DNA of 64,000 nucleotides from Patescibacteria group bacterium UBA6532 (GTDB lineage: Bacteria; Patescibacteriota; Minisyncoccia; Minisyncoccales; UBA6532), in contig DJKW01000004.1 in NCBI GenBank assembly GCA_002434805.1, positions 11,936 through 75,935 of the forward strand. Reading direction: 5' to 3'. Made by a program: the position numbers and the translations under genes. Positions 20,047 to 33,745 of this stretch are shown one piece after another. The notes under the pieces were generated by a model that saw only the letters and a list, made by a program, of their open reading frames with translations, did no database searches and was not told the DNA's origin. Position 1 is the first letter of the stretch; every line of letters starts with the position of its first letter.

Positions 20047-20421
20047 TTGAACAGCTTCCATGATGGACTCGAAAATACTAAGGGGAAACTCTTTGTTAAC
20101 TTGGATGGAAAATACCTTCTTCTCTACGGTACTGAAGATGGCCCTTCTCGACTCGGAACGACAGACCATGTCTCCGAATTATTCGAGTGGTTACTCACGC
20201 TCCCTGAGATAGAAAATAAGAATAATCTTCGCCCAATACCTGGATGTGCCTATACTGAAATACAGGTTGGGACATACATTGAAGACTTTACCACCATAAA
20301 TGATTCTAAGAAACTACCTACTACTTGCCACTACTTCGCTAGACGAAATGGAAAGGTAATTTTCTGGAACAAGGCAGACCCCGAAGAAGCTAAACTAGCC
20401 CTAAAAGAGCTCTCTCAATAA
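20047..20421 (+). CDS. Hypothetical protein
   Basis: 124-aa ORF with TTG start filling the gap behind a consensus promoter; no recognised motif. Confidence 0.55.
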   Translation: MNSFHDGLENTKGKLFVNLDGKYLLLYGTEDGPSRLGTTDHVSELFEWLLTLPEIENKNNLRPIPGCAYTEIQVGTYIEDFTTINDSKKLPTTCHYFARRNGKVIFWNKADPEEAKLALKELSQ

Positions 20422-20453
20422 AGACCCAAGCAAGTCTCTAAACTGCTCTTTTT

Positions 20454-21455
20454 TTATACTTTAAACTTAAGCAAGTAGGGGCTTAGTCTTTCAATTAAGA
20501 AGCTAGGCAAAAGACCGAAAACCTTCCTTAGTTTTGATTCTCTAACTCCTGATTCTTTTGACAAGTTACTTACTTCATAAATGGGGTATTTTTTTGTCCC
20601 CCATCCGCTCTTAAAAACTTCAAGTGGAGATCCGCTTCTAGTTCCACCTAGATCAAAAACTTCATAATTATTACCTCCTGCGTATTTTTGAATCTCATCC
20701 CATAAAATTAAATGGTTTGAATAAAGATCTTTGAATCTCTCATCTGAAGCATTGAGGAAATAATGTATAAATCTGCCGTAAAAGAGGAAAACGCTGCCAG
20801 CTATGATCTTCCCGTCTTTTATAGCTAAGACTATTTCTGAATTGGAAGAATCTAAAAAATATTTGAAAAAAGAAAAAGGGTAAGCTGGAACAAGGTGTCT
20901 TTTTGCGCTCTTAATATATAGATTGTAAAAGGAGCTTAGCTCTTTTTCGTTATCACATCTTTTAATCTTCACTTCCTGGTTTTGGGATTTTTTTATTGAA
21001 TGACAAAGAGTTTTTCTGAAAGAATTCCAAACCTGATCTTTGGTTTTTTGTTGAAAGCTCTCTATAAAATAAGTGTTTATATTACTTTTTTCGCCCTTGT
21101 CTGATTCTATCGAAAAATAATTCAACGTATGTGGATGAAATCGAATTCTTATTCTGTCTTTAAATTCAGACAAAAGGTTATTCTTAAAATTCTCTCCGTC
21201 AATTTTATCTTGCAATGGTAATGGTCCTCCGTATTCGCAAAAAGGATGAGAAATTAGCTTTTCTTTACTAAAAACTTTAACCCGAGCCAAGCTCAAAATA
21301 GCTTCATTTTTATATAAATAACGTTCAAATCTCAACCAAGAGAATTCTTTTTCCAAAAATTCCTCCCATTCCAAACTATGAAAAAAAGTTTTAAATAATA
21401 CCTTATTTAAAAAACTTTGCCACTCCTTATTTTCTATTTTTTGAAAATAGTTCAT
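20454..21455 (-). CDS. FemAB-like GNAT family acyl/aminoacyl transferase
   Basis: FFHSLEW, SHPFCEYGGP, NHLILW, FDLGG, FKSGWG. Confidence 0.8.
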   Translation of the reverse strand: MNYFQKIENKEWQSFLNKVLFKTFFHSLEWEEFLEKEFSWLRFERYLYKNEAILSLARVKVFSKEKLISHPFCEYGGPLPLQDKIDGENFKNNLLSEFKDRIRIRFHPHTLNYFSIESDKGEKSNINTYFIESFQQKTKDQVWNSFRKTLCHSIKKSQNQEVKIKRCDNEKELSSFYNLYIKSAKRHLVPAYPFSFFKYFLDSSNSEIVLAIKDGKIIAGSVFLFYGRFIHYFLNASDERFKDLYSNHLILWDEIQKYAGGNNYEVFDLGGTRSGSPLEVFKSGWGTKKYPIYEVSNLSKESGVRESKLRKVFGLLPSFLIERLSPYLLKFKV

Positions 21456-22224
21456 ATATCTCCTCTCCGGAAAGAAACTTATAGTTTTGTTTTTTTAATA
21501 AATTTAATATTTGATCTAAATTTTTAAAGAAATTGGCAGCATAACTTTTTCTAAAAGGGGTATCTAAAATATCCCATGAGTGCATGTTTATTGTGATAAA
21601 GTTAGGCTTTTTAATTTTAAATAGGGACTTTAAAACAAAAAATGGGATCTTTGCAAGCCAAACTCCGGCTATTGGTATCCCAAATATTTGACCGGCAACC
21701 GGAATCTCTAGAATTTTCATCTCTCCTTTCTTTCTAATATCTTTGATATTTGGATAATAAGGAACTAAAGGCCCTTTTTTCTTATACCCTCGATAATCTT
21801 TAAATGGCGGGTAATGAGGAACAATACTGCTGTCGTAAAGAAATCCTTTCTCCTCCAACAGCCTTAAGCCATCTTCGTCAATAATATGAGATGGGGCGCG
21901 GAATCCTCTTGGCAATTTTTTAAAAATATCCTGATAAACATTAATAAACTTTTCTAGCTCCTCTCTCCTTTCTGATGTATTTAACTTATTCCAGAATACG
22001 TGAGAATAACTATGAGAAGCAATCTCATAATTGTTCTCTAGTTCTTTTATTGTGCTACTGTACTGCTCTAAGGCTTTACCGGTAATAAAGAGAGTGGCTG
22101 GAACTTCGTGTTTTTGCAAAACGCCTAAAATTTCCTTCAGCCGTTCAATCCCTTGAAATTCTTTATTTTTTTCTCCATAGTCGTGCTCTACGTCAATGGA
22201 GAGAAAACAAACTTTATTCTCCAT
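21427..22224 (-). CDS. Polysaccharide deacetylase (CE4, DUF3473-like)
   Basis: SIDVE, ATLF, EIASHSYSH, GFRAP, YDSS, HSWD. Confidence 0.88.
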   Translation of the reverse strand: MENKVCFLSIDVEHDYGEKNKEFQGIERLKEILGVLQKHEVPATLFITGKALEQYSSTIKELENNYEIASHSYSHVFWNKLNTSERREELEKFINVYQDIFKKLPRGFRAPSHIIDEDGLRLLEEKGFLYDSSIVPHYPPFKDYRGYKKKGPLVPYYPNIKDIRKKGEMKILEIPVAGQIFGIPIAGVWLAKIPFFVLKSLFKIKKPNFITINMHSWDILDTPFRKSYAANFFKNLDQILNLLKKQNYKFLSGEEIYELFSKNRK

Positions 22225-22226
22225 GG

Positions 22227-23210
22227 CTAATTTACGGAAGAATTAAGATATCTGATGATTTTCTTGATGGCTTCTTTCAAAGATATATTGACCTTGTATC
22301 CGATAAGTTTTCTGATCTTTGTGAGATCCGGCCTTCTATGAGCCATATCCTCAAAACCCTGACCATAAACCTTATTATAAGGAACAAAAGTAATCTGAGA
22401 CTTACTCTTGGTCAATCTTTTAACAATTTTAGCTAAATTTTTGATGGTAATTTCTTTATCAGAACCCAAATTAAATATCTTACCAACAGCCTTAGGATTA
22501 GACATTAAGGATATTAGAGCCAAAACAACATCATCAATAAAAGCAAAACATCTGGTCTGATTACCTGTTCCATAAATAGTTATTGGTTTTCCAGCCAAAC
22601 ACTGTTGAATAAACCTGGGAACAACCATGCCATAGCTTCCTGTCTGCCGAGGCCCTATTACATTAAAAAGACGAGTAATAACGACTGAAAGGTCTTTTTC
22701 TCTATGGTAAGCTAAAGCCAAAAATTCATCACTTCCTTTTGACAATCCATATCCCCAGCGACTGTTGTAAGCTGAACCATAAATTCTGTCATCCTCCTCT
22801 TTAAAGGGAAGTTTATTATTTTTCCCGTAAACTTCAGAGGTAGAAGTGATAAGTAAAGGAACTTTATACTTTGCTGCGTTTTCTAAAACAATCTCGGTTC
22901 CTTTTAAATTTAAAAGAAAAGATTCAAGAGGTTTGTCAATTATGGTTTTTACTCCTACGGCAGCTGCCAGATGGTAAATCTGATCCACTTTTTTTACTAA
23001 ATTTGCCACTTTCTTTTTATTTAAAACAGTGCCTTTAATGAAATGGAATTTTTTGTTTTTTCTCAAGTGTTTAATGTTTTTTAAGCTTCCTGTTGATAAA
23101 TTATCAATAACAAAAACTTCTTCTCCTGATTGGAGAAGCTTTTCTGCTAAATGAGAACCGATAAACCCCGCTCCTCCTGTTATTAAAACTTTCTTAGATC
23201 GATATGCCAT
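22227..23210 (-). CDS. NAD-dependent NDP-sugar epimerase/dehydratase (decarboxylase-like SDR)
   Basis: GGAGFIG, HLAAAVGV, STSEVYG, YGLSK. Confidence 0.9.
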   Translation of the reverse strand: MAYRSKKVLITGGAGFIGSHLAEKLLQSGEEVFVIDNLSTGSLKNIKHLRKNKKFHFIKGTVLNKKKVANLVKKVDQIYHLAAAVGVKTIIDKPLESFLLNLKGTEIVLENAAKYKVPLLITSTSEVYGKNNKLPFKEEDDRIYGSAYNSRWGYGLSKGSDEFLALAYHREKDLSVVITRLFNVIGPRQTGSYGMVVPRFIQQCLAGKPITIYGTGNQTRCFAFIDDVVLALISLMSNPKAVGKIFNLGSDKEITIKNLAKIVKRLTKSKSQITFVPYNKVYGQGFEDMAHRRPDLTKIRKLIGYKVNISLKEAIKKIIRYLNSSVN

Positions 23211-24102
23211 AACTTTTTGCTGTTTCTTTTAATCCTTTCTCCAAATCAAATTTGGGCTGCCAATCCAAAAGTTTCTTTGCTTTAGAAGTATCAGCCAGGC
23301 TTTCTTTGACTTCTCCCGGTCTTTTAGGAATGTAAACTTTGTGGCCTCCAATAAGCTCAGCTAACCTGTTTATACTGTAATTACTGCCACCTCCAATGTT
23401 TATTACTTCTCCTTTTTCTATTGGCTTTAAAGCAGTAAGGATGGTGCCTTCTACGATATCGTTAACAAAAGTAAAGTCTCTTTTTTGAGTTCCGTCCCCA
23501 GTAATAGTAAGGGGTTCTCCTTTTTGCTTCTGCCTTAAAAATATACTAATAACTGTGGCATAGGATCCCTCTATAGGCGCCCTAGGACCATAAACATTAA
23601 AATAGCGCACAACAACAGTGGGCAAGCCATAGAGTTCAGAGAAAATCTTGCAATAAAGCTCGCCAACATATTTTTGAAGAGCATAAGGGTTTAATGGCTG
23701 AGCTTGCATGTCTTCTCTTTGGGGCAGTGTTTCTTGATTGCCGTAAACCGAAGATGAGGAAACATAAACAACTTTTTTAACTTTAGCATCGCGGGCCGCA
23801 ACTAAGACATTAAGCGTGGTATTTAAATTATTCTCATGAGAAGATATAGGGTCTTTAATAGAAAGTGGGATACGGGGCTTGGCAGCTAGATGGAATATAA
23901 AATCCACCCCAAAAAATAGGGGCTTGATTTTTTCTAGTTCTCTTAGATCTAATTGATGGAACTCGGCTTTAGAATTTACATTCTCTCTCTTTCCAGCCGA
24001 TAAATTATCAATAACAATCACCTGATATCCCCTATTGATTAAAGCATCGGTTAGATGAGATCCAATAAAGCCAGCTCCTCCAGTAACAATTACTTTAGAC
24101 AT
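23194..24102 (-). CDS. NAD-dependent 4-epimerase (WbpP/GalE-like SDR)
   Basis: [27 protein letters not shown]. Confidence 0.9.
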   Translation of the reverse strand: MSKVIVTGGAGFIGSHLTDALINRGYQVIVIDNLSAGKRENVNSKAEFHQLDLRELEKIKPLFFGVDFIFHLAAKPRIPLSIKDPISSHENNLNTTLNVLVAARDAKVKKVVYVSSSSVYGNQETLPQREDMQAQPLNPYALQKYVGELYCKIFSELYGLPTVVVRYFNVYGPRAPIEGSYATVISIFLRQKQKGEPLTITGDGTQKRDFTFVNDIVEGTILTALKPIEKGEVINIGGGSNYSINRLAELIGGHKVYIPKRPGEVKESLADTSKAKKLLDWQPKFDLEKGLKETAKSYGISI

Positions 24103-24119
24103 AAATTAAAATAAAACTC

Positions 24120-24938
24120 TTATTCTCTAACGCTGAATTTTTCTGGGTCATCAATATTTTGAAGATGCATTAATTCTTCGTTTATTTTATCAACAGCTTT
24201 GTGAAGTTTAAGATCAATCCCTTTGCTGTTAGCCAATTGAATGAGAGCTTTATGGTCTTTTGGCAGGCATTTCCCGCCATAACCTCTATAACCTTTGTGT
24301 AAAACCTGGAGATGAGACCTACCAATCCTTTTATCGGCCGCAGCAGCCTCCATCATTCTGTCATAATTAATACTCATGGCCTGGCATAAATCATACATCT
24401 GGTTGGCAAAGGTAACCTTTGTTGAAAACCAGGTGTTGCCGAAATATTTTATCATTTCAGCTTCAGTAGCTGGCAGAATTCTCTCAAAGGGAGCTAAAGG
24501 TAATAACTGCATGACATCTCCAGCTATATTGTAAGATTCCTTTGTATGGCCAACAATCTGCCGATCAGGATAAGCCATATCTTGATCTGCCGTAAGTTCG
24601 GTTAAAAATTCAGGATTCATTAAAACTTTCAGTTTTGGGTATCTTTTCTGTAATATCTCGGTTGTTCCAGGCAAAACAGTAGATTTAATGACTACGGCTT
24701 TTCCGTCTTGAATATTTTTAAAAGTTTCTTCTACGTAAGATAAGTCAAATCCGCCCTCTTTTTTATAAGGAGTGGGAACGCAAACAAAAATAATATTGGC
24801 TTGATTTATTTCTTCAAAAGACCCTAAGTTCTTTCCTTTATCATATAAAAAGGGTTTTATCCCTTTTTTTTGTTCAAGATAATTCTTTAAAGCCCCTCCT
24901 ACCATTCCAACGCCAACTACACCTACATTTTTTTCCAT
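24120..24938 (-). CDS. Short UDP-glucose/GDP-mannose dehydrogenase family protein (no C-terminal domain)
   Basis: GVGMVG, CVPTP, KSTVLPGT, NPEFL, GYGGKCLPKD; ends at 272 aa. Confidence 0.85.
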   Translation of the reverse strand: MEKNVGVVGVGMVGGALKNYLEQKKGIKPFLYDKGKNLGSFEEINQANIIFVCVPTPYKKEGGFDLSYVEETFKNIQDGKAVVIKSTVLPGTTEILQKRYPKLKVLMNPEFLTELTADQDMAYPDRQIVGHTKESYNIAGDVMQLLPLAPFERILPATEAEMIKYFGNTWFSTKVTFANQMYDLCQAMSINYDRMMEAAAADKRIGRSHLQVLHKGYRGYGGKCLPKDHKALIQLANSKGIDLKLHKAVDKINEELMHLQNIDDPEKFSVRE

Positions 24939-25020
24939 AAATTTATCTGGATTAGATTATTTATTATTTAAGCGTTATAATCTATTATATAAATAAATAA
25001 GGGAAAAAGTCAATATAGCT

Positions 25021-26157
25021 ATGAAAAAAATACTCTTTTTAGTCACCCAATCTGAATTTGGAGGAGCTCAAAGATATATCTATGAAATGGCTACTAATCT
25101 TAATAAAGATAAATATGATATTTTAGTAGCTGCAGGTGAAGGAGATGGAGAATTATTCCGAAAGCTCCAAAATAGTAAAATTCAACCTATTTACTTAAAA
25201 TGGATGAAAAGAAGTCCTTGGCCATGGCATGTGATTTTAGCTATCCTTGAAATTCTCAATATCTTAAAAAAAGAGAAGCCAACCACTTTATTCTTATGCT
25301 CCACTACTGCGGGCTTTATAGGATCTTTGGCATCTTTTTTCTATAAACAGAAAATTAAAACTATCTACAGAATTGGCGGATGGGCTTTTCGCGATCCAAG
25401 ATTTTGGTTGCTAAATCAAATAATACTGATATTAGAAAAAATAACAGCTCGTTGGAAAGATAAAATTATAGTTAATTCCGAAGTTGACCGCCAGCTTGCT
25501 CTAAAGCACAAAATTGCTCCTTCAGAAAAAATAATTAAAATCTATAACGGAATTGAACTTGAAAGTCTTAACTTTTTATCTAAGGAAAAAGCCAGAGATT
25601 ATTTTGCTTCAAAAATTGGTTTTAATGAACAAAAACTAAATTTTCTTGTAGGAACAGTAGCTAATTTTTATAAAACAAAAGGACTCCCCTTTCTTATTGA
25701 ATCAGTTAACATGCTTTCAATGCCCAATGCTAAATATGTAATTATTGGAGAAGGCCGCCAACGATCCATGTTAGAAGGTTTAATTAAAAAATATAATCTT
25801 AAAGATAAAGTATTTCTTGTCGGCCGCCTCCCCAATGCTTTTCAATACCTAAAAGCTTTTGATATTTTTGTTCTGCCTTCTCTTAAAGAGGGTTTTCCTT
25901 GGATAATCTTAGAAGCCATGGCAGCTGAAACCTCAATTATTGCTACCAAAGTAGGCGCTCTCCCTGAAATCATCACTGATGGAAAAGAAGGAATTTTAGT
26001 AGAACCAAAAAATAGCCAAGCCTTGGCAGAAAAGATTAATTGGGTTTTAAATCATCCTCTAGAAAAAGAAAAAATGATATTTTCAGCTAAAGAAAAAATT
26101 AAAAACAAATTTTCGTTAGAAAAAATGGTTGAAGAAACAGAAAAATTATTGCGTTAA
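25021..26157 (+). CDS. GT4 glycosyltransferase
   Basis: GGAQRY, YNGI, PSLKEGFPWIILEAM. Confidence 0.9.
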   Translation: MKKILFLVTQSEFGGAQRYIYEMATNLNKDKYDILVAAGEGDGELFRKLQNSKIQPIYLKWMKRSPWPWHVILAILEILNILKKEKPTTLFLCSTTAGFIGSLASFFYKQKIKTIYRIGGWAFRDPRFWLLNQIILILEKITARWKDKIIVNSEVDRQLALKHKIAPSEKIIKIYNGIELESLNFLSKEKARDYFASKIGFNEQKLNFLVGTVANFYKTKGLPFLIESVNMLSMPNAKYVIIGEGRQRSMLEGLIKKYNLKDKVFLVGRLPNAFQYLKAFDIFVLPSLKEGFPWIILEAMAAETSIIATKVGALPEIITDGKEGILVEPKNSQALAEKINWVLNHPLEKEKMIFSAKEKIKNKFSLEKMVEETEKLLR

Positions 26158-26170
26158 ACTAAATCAAGCA

Positions 26171-26201
26171 AAAACCCGCCGCGCTCATTGCGGCGGGTTT
26201 T
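26171..26201. terminator. Bidirectional intrinsic terminator
   Basis: AAAACCCGCCGC-gctcatt-GCGGCGGGTTTT. Confidence 0.9.
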
Positions 26202-26225
26202 AAGATAGACAAAGAAAATATCTAA

Positions 26226-27743
26226 TTACTTGCCAAGAATTTCATTGAGCTTGTCTCTAGTAGTAGATCCTACTAAACCGGTTCCCGAGGTTAATCCATA
26301 AGTAGCTAAAACATCAGCAGCATATTTCTCTTGGAATTTAACTACAGCAGCATTGGTTAAAGAACCAAAGTATGTAGTTTCATTGCTTAAAGAACCTACG
26401 CCGGATGCAGCAACCTGTGTGTTAGAGTCTGAGTTTAAGACGATCTGAAGGTACATTACCTCGTTATCGCTCATTCCCTGTTTAAGAGTATTCTCAAAAG
26501 TAAAACCAACTGGAACACCAGTAATGGTGCCTGTAGCTTCTGTTCCTGTCGAACCGCCCATATCAGATAATTGAGCTTGCAAAGTTGCTAATTGTGCCAT
26601 TAAGGCATTAATTTGAGCTCGAAGCTCTGATACTGTTATTTCAACGATAACTGATTCCTCAACAACAGGCTCTTCAACTGAAACCTCAGCTACGGTCATT
26701 AACTCAGCTAATTCTGAAAAAGCAGTTTCCTTTCCGTCTCCATTTCTCGCTTTTACTCTAAATGTATATTCTGTTCCAGCAACTAGATATAAAGAAGTCC
26801 AAGAATTTTCCTTAATCCAACCAGAATTAGTTCCTGTAGTGTAATTCTCAAAGTAAAGTCCAGTTGAATTAGGAACTAAATTAGTAGGAACGCCAACTGC
26901 TTTAACCTTAACGCTAGTTTTAGTTGCCTCTGCTTTTTCTACCAAAGTAGGAACTGCAACTAATGTATAAATTTCAGAAAAAATTTCCTGAGCTTTGGTT
27001 GCTCCCCTATCATTGAAAGCATAAACTCTTCTACCAGAATATTTTGTATTTCCTTCCAAGCCTGTTTCGTCAAGATAAGAAAGATTAGCTGTTTGACTTT
27101 CTGCTACTGTTTTTAAAGAAGAATCTAAAATTCTAAAGCCAAACTCATTATTAGTTAAATCCAAAAAATGCCACCTTATGGTTGAAGTAGAAATTGCCTC
27201 TCCGTTTTTGACAAATGGAGGAAGAGGTATAGTAGGAACATTAGCTCCTACCACTATTTTTCTCTCAAGACCCAAAAGATCAAGATCTGTAGGCCCTTTG
27301 TTGCCGGAAGTGAACTCAACAGAGTTAATAGCAATCTTTGGCTTAACAGTGCTTCCTGAAGCCATGCTACTGCTAATGTCTGCTGTTACAAAAATTCTTT
27401 GCTTTGAAAAGCTGCCGGAAATTACTTTTTCAAAAAAAGGATAAATAGTAATAATCGCGACTTCTCTTTCGTCACCGTCCCAGCCAGCTGAAGAACCGTC
27501 TTCGTAGACTACTAATTTTGAGATATATGACTGGATAAGAACTCCGGCGTTGCGAAGCGTTATTGAACTTGGAACTTCAGGAAGAGTTAAATCCAGAATT
27601 AAAACTTGGCTGGTGCCGGGAGGAACATCATAAATCGGCTGGTTGTTAACTTTGAAATCCTCTGCCAAAAAACCAAAAGCAGCCAGTGGAAATAATAAAA
27701 GAATTACAAAAAAGGTAATTATTGAAAAAACAGTTTGCCTCAT
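26226..27743 (-). CDS. Secreted surface protein with FN3-like domains and C-terminal coiled coil + peptidoglycan-binding domain
   Basis: Signal peptide from MRQTV (27743); FN3-like YSGRRVYAFN and YTFRVKARN; LQIVLN...YFGSLTNAAVVKFQ...G.VG.TTR.KLN. Confidence 0.75.
   Translation of the reverse strand: MRQTVFSIITFFVILLLFPLAAFGFLAEDFKVNNQPIYDVPPGTSQVLILDLTLPEVPSSITLRNAGVLIQSYISKLVVYEDGSSAGWDGDEREVAIITIYPFFEKVISGSFSKQRIFVTADISSSMASGSTVKPKIAINSVEFTSGNKGPTDLDLLGLERKIVVGANVPTIPLPPFVKNGEAISTSTIRWHFLDLTNNEFGFRILDSSLKTVAESQTANLSYLDETGLEGNTKYSGRRVYAFNDRGATKAQEIFSEIYTLVAVPTLVEKAEATKTSVKVKAVGVPTNLVPNSTGLYFENYTTGTNSGWIKENSWTSLYLVAGTEYTFRVKARNGDGKETAFSELAELMTVAEVSVEEPVVEESVIVEITVSELRAQINALMAQLATLQAQLSDMGGSTGTEATGTITGVPVGFTFENTLKQGMSDNEVMYLQIVLNSDSNTQVAASGVGSLSNETTYFGSLTNAAVVKFQEKYAADVLATYGLTSGTGLVGSTTRDKLNEILGK
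26240..26610. repeat. Direct repeat copy 1 (coiled coil + PG-binding domain DNA)
   Basis: 26287-26384 identical to 31819-31916 (98 bp), high similarity on both flanks; outer limits approximate. Confidence 0.9.
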
Positions 27744-27757
27744 TATTCTATTATAAC

Positions 27758-27824
27758 AAAAGACGCCTGGAAAACCAGGCGTCTTTCTATCTCTGATAAG
27801 GAAAAAGCCCCAATAGGTGGGGCT
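27758..27824 (-). terminator. Two tandem intrinsic terminators downstream of the large surface-protein gene
   Basis: AGCCCCA-cctat-TGGGGCT-TTTT and AAAGACGCCTGG-tttt-CCAGGCGTCTTT-T. Confidence 0.85.
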
Positions 27825-27860
27825 CATTCCCTGCTCACAAGGAAAGCAAAATACTAATAC

Positions 27861-32255
<4,395 letters not shown>

Positions 32256-32303
32256 TTTAATTAATTTTAATTGAATTTAATTTATTTAATTATAATTTCT
32301 AAC

Positions 32304-32390
32304 GTCGCTATCGACCCTCCTATCATCTTTTGAGTGGTAATAATTATTTAGACGGACTAGTCCAACACTCAAAAAACGACGGACAACGAC
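32304..32390 (-). ncRNA. Putative structured RNA leader of the S-layer-like gene
   Basis: GUCGUUGUC/GAUAGCGAC and UCGUUUUUUGAGUG/CACUCAAAAGAUGA stems with G-U pairs; no U-tract after the structure. Confidence 0.5.
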
Positions 32391-32396
32391 TATTTT

Positions 32397-33134
32397 TTAA
32401 TTAATATTTTGTAAAAGCAGAATGTTTATTAGAGCTTGAGAATAATCTCCTGCTTCATTGTCTTCCTGGGCTCTTAATAAAAATTCCTGCTGGCCTTCGG
32501 TTAAAGTTCTATCCTCTAAATACCTGATTTCTCTTTCCACTAGCTGGGCTAAGGCACTATCGTATTCATCTGTATCTCCAAGCACTATTCCTAATGCTTC
32601 TACCTTTTTCTTATTTTCATCTAATTTCTGGGTTTCTGAAACAATTTCCTGAATAATAATTGGGGCAGAAGAAGTGGTAGCTTCCATTTGAGTCAAGTTT
32701 TTTGCGGCTTCAGAAATGCTTATCTGGAATTCCCTAATGGTCGGGGCAAGATTTTCCACCTGGTTAGATGTAGCGATCTTATCCAATTCTTCTAATCTCT
32801 TATTGGCTATCTCAAGATGAATTTTAGTTTTTTGGTTTTCTGGAGAAAGAGTAACCTGGGCGCTTTCGGTCATTTTCTTAACTGAATAGAGAAAATCGCC
32901 AGGAACAGTAGACTGGGCAAAACCAAAGGTTAATCCAAAAATTACCATAAAGAGCAAAACCGGCGTTGCAAAAGCTGGCTTCCATTTAAGTAAAAGCACA
33001 TCCATTATTGAAACACTTTCTGGCTGATAACTCTCTTTTCCCAGGATCTGTTTTTTAGTTAAAACAACCCAGTTTTCTCTGGGTTTGATCTGACGAAGTT
33101 CCTTTAAATTTTTAATAATGTCGTTCTCGATCAT
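32397..33134 (-). CDS. DUF5667-like single-TM protein, putative anti-sigma factor
   Basis: Directly downstream of ECF sigma; short cytoplasmic N-domain, TM, PGDFLYSVK..E and KRLEE motifs. Confidence 0.7.
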   Translation of the reverse strand: MIENDIIKNLKELRQIKPRENWVVLTKKQILGKESYQPESVSIMDVLLLKWKPAFATPVLLFMVIFGLTFGFAQSTVPGDFLYSVKKMTESAQVTLSPENQKTKIHLEIANKRLEELDKIATSNQVENLAPTIREFQISISEAAKNLTQMEATTSSAPIIIQEIVSETQKLDENKKKVEALGIVLGDTDEYDSALAQLVEREIRYLEDRTLTEGQQEFLLRAQEDNEAGDYSQALINILLLQNIN

Positions 33135-33147
33135 CTCTATTAATTAT

Positions 33148-33173
33148 GACGGAAAAAGAGGGATTTTATTACA
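33148..33173 (-). promoter_or_regulatory. ECF-sigma-type promoter
   Basis: TGTAAT-16 nt-CGTC overlapping the sigma gene stop codon. Confidence 0.65.
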
Positions 33174-33672
33174 CCCTCTCTAATTTAGCTTTAAGGGCTT
33201 TCATAGCCCGATGAATGGTCACTCTTACTGCTTCCTCTGACTTATTAAGCATTTTAGCTATTTCTGGTACAGAAAGATCGTCTATATAGCGCCAGACAAT
33301 AACTTCTTGATATTCTTCTTTTATCTTAACCAAGGCTTCTTTTACTTGTTCAAAATCAGATGTCAGCATAGCTTTCTCCTCTAAACTAGTATCGGGATTA
33401 GCTATGGAAGCGTATTCAACCGATACAAATTGGGCTTGTCCTTTCTCTCTATAATGATCAGTGGTTAAATTACGGGCGATTTGATAAAGAAAAGCTTGAA
33501 TATTCTTAATTTCCTTTTTTTGGCTCTTAAAAGCCTGCCAGCCGCGTAAAAAAGCCTCTGAAGTCAAATCTTCAGCTATTTCAGGAGAATTAACCTTTAA
33601 AAAGATAAATCTATAGATCTTGTCTATATATTTATCGTAAATGTCACTAAAAGCTTTTTGAGATTTATCCAT
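33169..33672 (-). CDS. ECF (sigma-24 type) RNA polymerase sigma factor
   Basis: Region 2 (AEDLTSEAF, FLYQIARN..DHYR) and region 4 HTH (SVPEIAKML..SEEAVRVTIHRA) only. Confidence 0.93.
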   Translation of the reverse strand: MDKSQKAFSDIYDKYIDKIYRFIFLKVNSPEIAEDLTSEAFLRGWQAFKSQKKEIKNIQAFLYQIARNLTTDHYREKGQAQFVSVEYASIANPDTSLEEKAMLTSDFEQVKEALVKIKEEYQEVIVWRYIDDLSVPEIAKMLNKSEEAVRVTIHRAMKALKAKLERV

Positions 33673-33687
33673 TGTAATAAATTAAGA

Positions 33688-33745
33688 AAACGCGACAATT
33701 AACCTAGAAATGCGACATATACATATATTATATATGTCTATGTCC
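33688..33745. promoter_or_regulatory. Operator-like repeats upstream of ECF sigma
   Basis: GACATATA-9-TATATGTC palindrome containing a minus-strand TATAAT; AAAYGCGACA twice at 20-bp period. Confidence 0.5.

Noticed and set aside
27744..27827. Longer N-termini given by the ORF track (also 9579, 17834, 36562, 43035)
   Set aside because: Extensions run through terminators, promoters or neighbouring genes; downstream ATGs give family-typical N-termini
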